A DNA stretch of 64,000 nucleotides, taken from contig RDEW01000043.1 of NCBI GenBank assembly GCA_011109175.1, positions 372,001 through 436,000 of the forward strand, written 5' to 3'. Shown one piece after another: positions 49,326-59,793 of the stretch. This stretch comes from Dicyema japonicum (Eukaryota; Animalia; Dicyemida). The first letter of the stretch is position 1. Each line of letters begins with the position of its first letter. A program made the position numbers and the translations under genes. The notes under the pieces were generated by a model, which was given only the letters and a program-made list of their open reading frames with translations, was not told the DNA's origin and did not search any database.

Positions 49326-51760
49326 TTATTTATCCCCGATTCCCTTCAAGTGAAGGAAACCGGTTGCTAATAGAAGAGTAACTACCAAAAGTGGACGCCG
49401 GGGGTATATCTGGTAAGGCACAGAAATTGAAGTCGGACCAGGACAAAAAAATGGTTGTCTAGAAAACAGTATTGTGGTTCACCCAAAAGGGAGTCATTCG
49501 ACCAGGTTGACAGCAGTGTGATAATAAAACCCACAGCCAACCGCAACAGCACTAGCCACTACACTACCTGGTCTAAAAGCCATATGTTGGCTACTCTACC
49601 TACTTTAAAGTATGATGGTCCACCCAAAAAGGATCATATGTCAATAATATGGTGGTTCGTCCTTAATCTTATAATTCTTCCCCTGTTCGTAATAAATTTT
49701 GATGTCTAAAAATAAAAAATTATTATTAGAGTATAAAATCCCACAAACAATAATTTATGATCGCATAAATCGAGCGAATCGATAACAACCACCTGCAGTG
49801 CAGTCAATGGCAGTTGTTTAGAGATCACAAACTGCTGATTTCCCACAAAGGTAAAGGTGGAGGTACAACTTACAACCCCCTGCAGGGTTTTATCAACCAA
49901 TAAAGTGGCTGAAATAAGGTTTCCCCTTCTTTTCACGTTAAAGCTAATTTATTAGGCACTATTTACCTAAAATTATCCCCAACCACAACTCCATTAACCT
50001 TCCATGTAAAATTGAGGGATTTGATGTTTTCATACAAAAATGACTGGCAGTTGACGACCTTATTTTTCTGGTTTTCTCCGATATTTAGGTTTACGGCTAA
50101 ATTAATGGTTTTCATACCTAAAATTGTTAATTTAATGATTTTTTCAGCATTTCCTATTAAATTTTTAGCCTTGCAGGCGAAATGGTCACTTCTACCCACG
50201 TGGGCCACTTTTATGTGAATACAATTCTGCGAGTGTCAGTAATTCTGGCATACAGAACATATTTGCTCGTTTTTTCGGAATCCAATCTCCACCAGCTTAC
50301 ATTTGCGATTGGAGTTCCACTTTCAACAATGCAGGAAAAATAGTTTGACGAATCTTCCGTTAAAATGTATTTTTTTGCCTTGACTCTGATGATCGGCTTT
50401 TCTGTGATAATTAGCCTAATTTAACCCCCAAGTCGGAGTTTATATGTTTTTGAAAGTTCGTAGAATTTGTCACCAGCTCTTTCTACGCACTGGTAGTCTC
50501 CTTGAAGGGATTCATTGAACAAAATTATGAGTTGGTTAGTTCTGTCGATTTTGTAGGCAGATTTTTGCGAACTAGTTCGGATATATTCTCCATTTTTGAG
50601 CCAGATTGCCTGAAATTTGAAATTTGCATTTGAAACTGAATTGATGTTTTCTGTTGTAGTACAATTAAGTGCGATTTGCTGTTTTCCGCAACGTAAAAAA
50701 TTTCAGTATTTGTCGATTTTATGGCGCCTAAATTAGAGAGATTTTATTAATTTAAAAAATTGTTAATTTATATAAAAATTAACTTATATTAATTGAAAGC
50801 CGTTAATTACCCCCTTAATATAGGATATATATTTTATATATGTGTTTGAAAATATACCGAATATAATCCAAATTGTAAAGAGCATTCAAGTTTTCGGGCG
50901 TGTTTTAGTATAAATATGCTTGTCTGCCGTTGCTAGTGCAATTTACATTGGATTGTCAATAACAGTGCATCACGAGGGCTATATTTCAACAACGTTTATT
51001 TAAATGTCACATACCCTTTGGCGTGTACCATCGATTTACATTTACTTAATTAATAGCATCAATTAATTATTAGAGGCTAACAGTAATATCATCTTATTTC
51101 ATACATTCACGAGAATTTATAATAATGAATGTCTTGGAAGATATGAGGAGTCCCTAGTCCCCTTAATTTATTCCAAGAACGGATGTCTGAAAATATGAAG
51201 AGTCCCTAGTCCCCTTAAGTTATTCAAATTATGGATGTCTTGGAAGATATGATGAGTCCCTAGTCTCATTAATTGATTCCAAGAATGGATATCTTAGAAG
51301 ATATGAGGAGTCCCTAGTCTCCTTAAGTTATTCCAAGAATGGATATCTTGGAAGATATGATGAGTCCCTAGTCCCTTAAGTTATTCCAAGAATGGATATC
51401 TTGAAGATATGAGGAGCGTAAGTTTTTTAAGTTAGGAGTATTATTTCGATGCCTAATTTCTCTTGATTGAGTTTTTAATTATACTCATTGATTATAATTT
51501 GATATTAATTCATCAATAGTAGACATAATTTTATTATATTGAACCGCTTAGGACTTCAATATTTAAGGCACAGTTTGATAAAGGGACAGCCAAGGAGTTT
51601 TGAAGGTGAATATGCATCGAAACTATTGTCTTTCTGTTTTTTTCAACGTTTCCTTTGCAAATAACAGTGAGTGGTGGCTCTATAAGACTTTGATGAGTCT
51701 TACATCTCACTGTCCATAGTGGGATGGAAATTAGAATTGGGAGGTTTGACATATAATTTG
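49326..51760 (-). CDS. Immunoglobulin-superfamily surface protein: 3-4 Ig domains, FN3-like segment, hydrophobic C-terminus (possible GPI anchor)
   Basis: IALNC...IWLKNG...GDYQC; YFSC...NVSW...HFACKAKNLIGNAE; VVNC...FTWKVNG...VVSC; ends LLVVTLLLATGFLHLKGIGDK*. Mini-introns plus one ~750-nt intron; apparent 1-nt deletions; 5' end unresolved. Confidence 0.75.
51127..51420. repeat. Intronic minisatellite, ~54-bp unit, about 5.5 copies
   Basis: gaatggatatcttggaagatatgaggagtccctagtccccttaagttattccaa-like units. Confidence 0.92.
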
Positions 51761-51809
51761 GAATTGATTAATGCGCCAATTTTTGACAAGTATGGCAGAG
51801 AACTATTAA

Positions 51810-52070
51810 TGCCAAGCACTAGTCTATCCAGAACCAGCGGAGAGAGAAGATAACATCCAGTTCTTGCAGTTATAGAAATCCATTTGAGGAATGACCCAAT
51901 AAAGTGAGAAATAACAAATGATCTTCTTTCATGTCGAGCAATGGGTACCACATAAGACAGGTGGATCACATGACACCACTTTAGTAAAACAAGGGAAAAG
52001 AATGAACAGAGAATGAGAAAAATCGAATTCAAGGAGTTTTGCTAGTCATGTGACATTCAAACCATTAATC
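51810..52070 (-). mobile_element. SINE-like family A, copy 3 (core 51918-51977)
   Basis: AGTGGTGTCATGTGATCCACCTGTC...GATCATTTG plus downstream AACTGCAA..TGGA and GGATAGACT blocks shared with copy 2. Confidence 0.75.
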
Positions 52071-52189
52071 TTCCTGGTCTTTAATGTAGTGTCTTGGACT
52101 GCACTGGGGGGGGGGGCTATAAGTACTATGGTTCACGTGGAAGTGTTAATTATTATTCGAGTACTTTCAGTTATTTAAAACTTACTGTG

Positions 52190-52740
52190 TGCATGTCTAC
52201 TGTTAACCAAACACAAGATAAAATCGTTGAGGATTTTATGGAAAGGTACTTATCTCAACGGGAGGTTGCTAGGAAATATGCTGCAAGTATAGGCTTTAGG
52301 CACTATCTCTCGATTGAAAAAGTATGCTTTTGTGATCGAACTCCAATTCATAGTGCTTAACTATTTCGAGAAGAGTTGGATAAGAAGGTTCATCTACACT
52401 TTCCACACCTCCGCCGTATCCACCATTGTAAAGTATTGCTTTAAAATTTTCGAAAAAAAGAATTTCTATAATTTCAAAACATCGAATGGATGGTTGATCG
52501 CTAGAAATGACAATGAAACTGCGTAGTATATCAAACTTCCACCTATGAGACTATTTGTTGGTTCTAAACTCACAGAATCAAAAAAATAAAGAAAACGCCG
52601 CCCTTCTACTTTATCGTGTGAAATAACGCCTCCGTTCCAAGCAAAAATTCCACCCATATCCGCAGTCGTGGGACCCGTCCAGTAGAGTACAAAAAAGGGA
52701 TACTTTTTGAATGCCACTGAATGTCTCCTGAGCTAGATGT
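52190..52740 (+). mobile_element. pogo/Tigger-like transposase remnant
   Basis: LSQREVARKY and NFKTSNGWL fragments. Confidence 0.5.
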
Positions 52741-53417
52741 ATCACATGACTTCCCTTATGATTCTAAGAAGGCACAAAGCACTAAGAAATCATTCGACCA
52801 GATAAATATCGGTTTAAGAATCAAATCCACAGCTAATAAGAAGGTAAGACAGTAATAACCGAGATATAAAAAGAGGCAATAAAAATTGTGCTAATACTTG
52901 AGTTGTCACATGTGTTGCCAATTCTATTACCTTGTTTTATCTTCTAAGAATACTAAATTTTAAGTACACTGAGCTAACTTTCAGCTACATTTGGATCGTC
53001 ACAAAAACACGATTAGAAAATTAAGAAGTTCCAGTCCACGGTAATTGAAACTCTCGGGAAGTTTTTGCCCTCCTTGGTAACCCTACCCACTTCGAGACCT
53101 TAATAAGGTAAACGGAATCGCAGTTCAACACGTGAACCCAAGACAATAAAGAGAATCTAAATGAGGAGCTGGGACCCCGTGAGGTACACCAAACAAAGAT
53201 GAGGTAGTACCTGGAGAGCTCGAGATCACCTAATAGCCTTGTTTTCTCTCCTTAATTTAATGGTGATTTTTGACTTTTAAAAATTTAGATTTTATGAATT
53301 TGAAAATTTTGCCCTTCAAATCGGGGTTATTCTGTAATAATTTAAAATATTATTTATTTAATTATTTTGTTAATAAAAAATAAATTTAAATACTTATAGT
53401 AATAGATCAAACACGTG

Positions 53418-53933
53418 ATGTCAGGTATGTCTAGTTGTACTTATGCTTTATCCTCTTGTATAATCTTCTTTTAGGAAGGTTGGGATGCTCTGGTGGGAAG
53501 TTTAGGACGACTCTTGGTTTGCCTACATACGGGAAACTTAACTGTGCAGACAATACCGGTTGAATATCTTTTAATAGCATCTAGGAGCCAAGACTCTGTT
53601 CATAATATCCGTGAAGAGATGCAATGGCACATTGAGCAGACTCCCAGCTGCTGGAGTCGGGGATGTGGTTGTCTGCTCTGTCAAAAAGGGGAAACCCGAA
53701 CTTCGTAAGAAAGTCCTGAGGGCCATCGTGGTTCGACAAAGACAGCATATTTCCAGAAAGGACGGGACGACAATATTTTTTGAGGATAATGCAGGTGTCC
53801 TAGTGAACGACAAGCATGAAATGAAGGGTCATCTTTTATTAATATTGTAGGGACGAGCATAACTGGTCCAGTCGCTAAGGAATGTGCGGATATATGGCCC
53901 AACATCGCCTCCCATGCGAGTAGCATATTCTGA
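53418..53933 (+). CDS. RPL23: 60S ribosomal protein L23 (uL14); 4 exons
   Basis: Introns 53425-53474, 53559-53584, 53828-53850 give [19 protein letters not shown]...NCADNTGAK...RLPAAGVGD...[10 protein letters not shown]...FEDNAGV...[24 protein letters not shown]. Confidence 0.97.
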
Positions 53934-54539
53934 TTTTGGTTTTTATTAATTTTAAGTTTGATTTGTCTAATCTTTTTGCTAATTATTAATATATGTAGAT
54001 AGCCCACGTTGTGCTTTATACTTAGTCTTTCAGCAATCTGGCACAGAAATTCAATGGGCACCCCTTAGTCTTATGAATCCTTTGTTTGATTGTCTTAGCT
54101 CGCCATATGAGTGTAATCATTTAAGGTATCACATTGGCGAGTGTGACAAGACCACTCTGCATTGATCATTTTGAAGTAATTAGATAATCTGTAGCTAAAC
54201 AAATTTTTACTTGCAATCATCTCTGATATTAATTAACTACCGAGAAGCGAAAATCCAGGATTAGCTAGGATAGGATAACTGAGACATATCTACTCTCCGT
54301 TGAATCACCTCACACCATCCTCATATATGGTTGTTATTTTTCTGATATATGTGATTGTTCTGAGTACTTTTAATGATTTACTGATATTGACTGAAGGATA
54401 AAGTGATGAAATAAACAAACGTACTTGATTCTAAAATTTCAGACAACATAAGTGCCTCTAAGAGTGTAGGAATTTCAATGATGCTTGTTGAATAACCATT
54501 ATGATAATACTTGATTTGTAGTCACTGAATAACAAACAT

Positions 54540-55900
54540 GTTTAAAGTATTAATTCCTTTAAGATGTTATAAGCACTTAATCTAGTCATAGGACGTGACA
54601 AATCATGACTAGTTAACTTCTTCCAACTCTGGCGATTCTTTGCCTCCTCTCGCAGCCTGTTGTGGTCTTCCCCGTCCTTGAGGCGTCTTCCGATTTCCCT
54701 AAGATCTTCAAGGACGGTCGGTAGAGTCGGCCTTGGTCGACCACGGAAACGCGGAAAGATTAGAACATAGTAATCTTCCATGGCCACGAGGGTGCCCAGA
54801 TCCAGACGAAGTATGTGTCCAAACAGCATCCATCTTGCTTCCAGGATCTCACACTAAATCCCTGTGCTTCTCGTTCTCTTATAAAGAATGTCAGACGGCA
54901 GTCTGGAGTGGTTCCAGGAAGAAAGGGTATGCCGAAGCTGATTTTCAAGTTCTTGTCTTTTGCAGTCTCAAATGCCCGCATTATACAGGAGTATTGGTTT
55001 CACAAGTGCATTGTGCAAGCGGGTTCTTGTATCCACATCGAACTGTTCACGGGCATCCAGGTTTTTTTGATTTTGTGCAGTGCGGCGTTTGCTATAGTTT
55101 TTCTTCTAGTTGTATCTTCTCTGTCACCGAGAAGGAGCCTAGCTTATTGGTTTTACGCCAATATTCCTCTGTCCGTCATCTGGGGATGCTATTGTGCTAG
55201 TCCCCATCAAGGAGCATCTCCAGGTACACAAGGGCTTCCTTAAGATAGATGACGAAAAAAATATGGGGTAGTGGATCTCCTTGGGGGTGTTCACTATTGT
55301 CTCGAATCGTCTTGAGCAAGTTCCCCTGATTCTTACATTCAGGTACATGTCCGAAGGAGTGTTTTCAAAGGAGCCTTCAAGGACTTGTGATAATTTCCAC
55401 CAAGGTCACTCTGAACCTTTGGACCATTGCTCACCTCCACTTCTAGCTCCATGGTCGATCCGCCCTTACGGAAACCGGTATGCCAAGACGACAGATATGA
55501 GTCTGCCGGTTCTGTACATTCCGTTTAAGATACGAGCTATACTTTGATGCAGTTTTTGTGTTCTGTATTTGAAAAATTCGCCATTAAAACCGTCGGGCAC
55601 GGATTCTTTTCATTTTTCAATTTTGAGCTGGCTACCTGTACTTCTTGTGGAGTTATTTCTTCTTAAAGTTCGCTTCCTTCTGGAACACTCCCAATGCTTC
55701 CTTGATTGTTCGATTTGAATAAATTTTCGAAGTGGTTAACGATAAGCTCCACCACTTCTAATTTATCCACAATTTGTCTCCCTTGCAAAGTTACTGGCTG
55801 TTTTAGTACTTTTCCTCTAATTTGTCTAACGACCTCATAGAACCTTCCATTGTCCTCCAGGCTTTCAATTACTTTAATCTGGTCGATTATCTTATTCTTT
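54540..55900 (-). mobile_element. Decayed RTE-like LINE, 3' half
   Basis: LFGHILRLD...FRGRPRPTLP...AKNRQSW and upstream RT-associated remnants. Confidence 0.75.
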
Positions 55901-56079
55901 GTTCTCAGGTTTTTCTTATTTTTGTTTTAATATGTCGCGCGCTATGAGCACATATGCGTGGAGCGCACATAAAAACTTTTTTTCTAATAAACCCAAACCT
56001 TTAAAAATTTCAAAAATAAATTTAAACAATTTTAAGTCTTTTTGGTCGACTTTTGAAGTCGATCTTTCAAATTGACAAT

Positions 56080-56340
56080 TTATCTAGTATTATGCCGTCA
56101 TGGAAGAACTGAATCTTTTCAAAGGACGTCCAAGAAGTTGTCTTCCCAGGACACTTATGGAGGATTATGCTGTGATTGGGGGCCGATTGATGGATGCAGA
56201 CGATCTGGACGAAATCAGGAGGCGAGTACCACTACGAAAGGGATGGAGAATGCTAACGACAAGAATAGTCGAAAAAACATGGCACAAGCGAAATCATAAA
56301 CAGTGGTTACTGGTAATGCGGATGTGCTTTAACCAACTAT
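56080..56340 (+). mobile_element. RTE-like 3' end
   Basis: FKGRPRSCLPRTLMED...RKGWRML. Confidence 0.7.
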
Positions 56341-57233
56341 AAATCTCTTGTCCACACTTGTTTTCCATTTTTTGTAAAGGCAATCTTCGAATACACGTCA
56401 ATGTAAGTAACCACGCGTACAAATCATTATTTAAGTCTAAAAATTAAAATGAGAAAATACCTTAAGTCAGAGGTTGTCAAACGGTGTGCCGCGAGACAAT
56501 TTCTAGTGTGCCGCCTGCCAAATACAAATTTGAATAAATTTATATACATTTTTTGACCTAATTAATTTAAAAAGATAAACAAATTAAAATACTTACTAAA
56601 ATTAAAATAATCATTTTTTATTATATATTAATGAAATTTACATTGGTTAACCATTATTTATTAATTTTTTAATAACGTGCGCATCAACGTGCTAATGGGT
56701 AAATCAGTTTGTCGTTCTTATAAAAATTCTTATTTGTCATTTGGATTTATATGGAAAGATAAAAATGAACTACCTCAATGTCTAATTTGCATGGAAGTCT
56801 TGGCAAATGATGCTATGGTTCTTAGCAAACTAAAGAGACATTTTACTTCCAAGCATTTGGACTATTCCGAAAAATCTGTGGATTATTTTATCCATTTGAA
56901 AAAACAACACAAGTATTATTCAGTTTTTACTATGAATCGTAGATCTAGTCAAATGATGTTCAGTGAAACTTTTGTAAACACAGAGGAATCATTGAAATGT
57001 TCATACCTGATTTCAGAATTGATAGCAAAACAACTAAAACCTCGCACTATTGGCGAAAACTTGATAATCCCTACTTGTCGTATTATTGCTCGGACTATGT
57101 TTGGTCATAAACATGAACAAAAAATATTGAAGATACCTTTGTCAGAAAATACTGTTTCTCGTCGGATTTGTGCTTTGTCGGAGAATATTGAAAATAATGT
57201 CTCATTTTCTATTAAAGAAACTAGGTTTTCATT

Positions 57234-57339
57234 CTGCGGCACTTGGCATCGGACAGGAGGGGATGGGAAAGGATTGTTCAGACGCGGCACGAATAGAATT
57301 ATAGTTTATATGATTCTATGTAGTTGCTTATAATAATAA
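57234..57339 (+). mobile_element. 106-bp RTE-like 3' end with 12-bp TSD, inserted in the transposase
   Basis: TAGGTTTTCATT at 57222-57233 and 57340-57351; tail taataataa; removing it restores KETRFSLQLEES. Confidence 0.88.
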
Positions 57340-57655
57340 TAGGTTTTCATTACAACTTGAAGAATCCACGGATATTTTTCCTAATACGAATGGTTTATTT
57401 TTTATTTTTTTTATAATAAGGATATAATGGTGAATCGATAAAGGGACTGATTAATGAACATTTAATAATTTTGGAAAACAAATTGGATGCTTATTTTCTA
57501 GACTTAGAAATTGAAAAATTCGATTGGGTTATTTTTTTAAATATTTTTTAGATACGAAATCCTTTGTTTATGTCAGAATCACAACAATTATCTGTTAAAG
57601 AAATTGTAGAACTTATTGCACTGTTTATTAAAATTAATGATGACGGAGTTAGACA

Positions 57656-58039
57656 TTGGAGAATTCTGGATATATATTCGAAACATATATCCCAGCTCGG
57701 GGAAAATGCTTTATTTGGGATGCTGCCTGTACTGACAACTTTTCCCAGTCGAAACTTTTGAGGTCGGCAATGAAAGCGGGAGAGGCCGCCCGTTTATATG
57801 AAAACTCAAAAATAAAGAAATACAGCAGCCTCCTAAACCGTTTCCATGTACAGCCAGTGGTCGTCGAGACGAACGGAGTCTTTGGCCCCAAGACGGTCTC
57901 TTTCCTTAGAGCACTTGGGTGTCTATTGACCAAAGCCTCGAGGGAGCGTCGGGGAACCGAGTGGCTTTTCCAAAGGATATCCCTGGCAGTAGTCAGAGGT
58001 AACAGCCACTCGATCATATCCTCTGGACTCAGTAATTAA
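57656..58039 (+). mobile_element. CRE-like 3' fragment nested in the hAT element
   Basis: GKCFIWDAAC.D...KIKKYS...PVVVETNG.FG...FQRISLAVVRGN. Confidence 0.85.
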
Positions 58040-58689
58040 CTACTCGTGATTAAGATTTTATTTTTTTTATTAATAAAAATTTGTGCATTAAATTACCAAT
58101 TTTTGTACTTAGTTTTACACATCTTAAAATTTTATTTTTTTAATGTGTGCCGTGGATTATTTTTTTTACGATTAGTGTGCCGCGAGAATTATTTTTTGAA
58201 AAGCTCTGCCTTAAGTCAATAAGATCGACTTGACACAGTTCATTTGGATAATCTCACACGTATCCTGATTGTCTTAAAATCAAAAAAAATCGGCAAATGT
58301 CAGTTTTCACCACATTCTTATTATATTGCGTTTAATAACAAAGATTATTTCTCGGCATTAATTTTCCAAAATATTTTGTCTACAGTGTACTTCCAATGCA
58401 ATTCTAGTGCTAGCAAAATCATTTGTGCCCCATTGTCTAACGTGATGATAAGTTTGTGATTATTAGATGGATCTCGTGAATACAATGATTCATCCAGTAA
58501 TATAAATAGTTCAGCTTTTTTTTAACGATTCTTTGCCTTCTAAACGATCGTTGTTGCATAGATCATTATTAACCTAGGATACAGCGAGAAAGAAGTTAAC
58601 AGTAAGTCCATCCAGTTTCCACTGTTACAGAAACAGAGTCTTTTGAACGTCACAAAATCCATACAGAACCACCATAAAAAGTAAAAGAC

Positions 58690-58980
58690 GTCCAGTCAGG
58701 ATCTCGGGATTAGTTAGTTTGGTTTACAGTTGGTCTTTGGAATAATTTCATTTCTTAGGCTCTCTCAATTTACGGTTATTCGATTATAGTAAGTTTAGAA
58801 AAATATTAGGGAAAAGAATACAGGAAAGAGGGAAAAGTTACTATCTAAATTAAGTGATCCCGATGTCAGTGCATCTCCCTCTGTTCTGGCTTTGTCTGGA
58901 ATCTATAAGAGTGTCCAAATGGGTTTGTGTTCAAATTTACGAGCATACTCCTGTAAGCAAGAATCTCCTCTTCAAGCCTC
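58690..58980 (-). mobile_element. 3' end of the LINE family at 47925-49200
   Basis: Direct nucleotide similarity over ~290 bp. Confidence 0.75.
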
Positions 58981-59793
58981 ATTTGTTAAGAACATCATAT
59001 TGGATTATATATTCTTGGAATATTATTAATATTTTGAACAGTGTGGACGACAGTGAACCATGAACCATCGTGAAATTTTTATTAGTAACAAAAAATTAGG
59101 AGTTTCGTGGACGACAGTAAGAAGTCATGTATTTACCCCCAGTCCCGGTTTTCTTTGATCAGGCAACATTGAACCTAATTCTATACAAAAATAGCAATCA
59201 GAAGTTAACGACCATCATGGCTCACTACGCAAAGATCAGCTGCCTTCTTCAATGTAGGAGACCATTTCAAAAGATCCCAGAACTTACCAATATCCCACGA
59301 CCTCCAATTAAACAAATTGTCGCTAACTTTATAAACTCGAATGGACAATCTCCCAGCGGTCTTATTCTCATCATACCTTTATTATTGTAGACACTGCATG
59401 TTAGTCTGGTATAAGGTCAGCAAAATTAGCTCTTCATGTCTCTTCCTTGAAGATTAGGTAGCAGAATTCTGATTTGTCTGGAACTTTTGTTGGTTTGGAC
59501 CCATGCGTATCAGTTGGGTATTTTTTCAGTAGGAACGACTTTCTTGGTTAGCTAGCAGAATACTAATTTTCCTGGAACTTTTGTTGCTTTGGACCGATAC
59601 AGTGAGGACTAATAGACTTCTTATTAACGGCATCTTTGTTCTCTTCCACCAAAAAGATAAGTTTTCAAGATTATTTTGAAACCGAAATCGAAAACACTAC
59701 ATTCAAACAGGAATTAGGAGTTAGTTTAAGGGGTTATTAACGAGTCCGCCTATGCGGTCTGGACACTTCCTACGGACCCCATCTCAATTTAGC

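Larger units (their letters stand above)
56468..58208 (+). mobile_element. Buster/ZBED8-like hAT element with TIRs and 8-bp TSD
   Basis: TSD CCTTAAGT (56460-56467, 58209-58216); TIRs CAGAGGTTGTCAAA / CAGAGCTTTTCAAA; YLSFGF...PQCLIC...KLKRH and PLSENTVSRRI motifs. Confidence 0.92.

Noticed and set aside
51534-51752. Transglutaminase C-terminal domain resemblance (LQNSLAVPLSNCALNIE)
   Set aside because: No catalytic core nearby; the exon splices in phase into the Ig gene.
51700-52032. ORF with an apparent signal peptide (MNSIFLILCSFFSLVLL...) as first exon of the Ig gene
   Set aside because: It overlaps SINE A copy 3; the hydrophobic stretch is the translation of the SINE's pyrimidine linker. 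Exaptation is not excluded but has no support.
57564-57761. Overlapping hAT dimerisation-domain frame
   Set aside because: The same bases match the CRE endonuclease far better in another frame.
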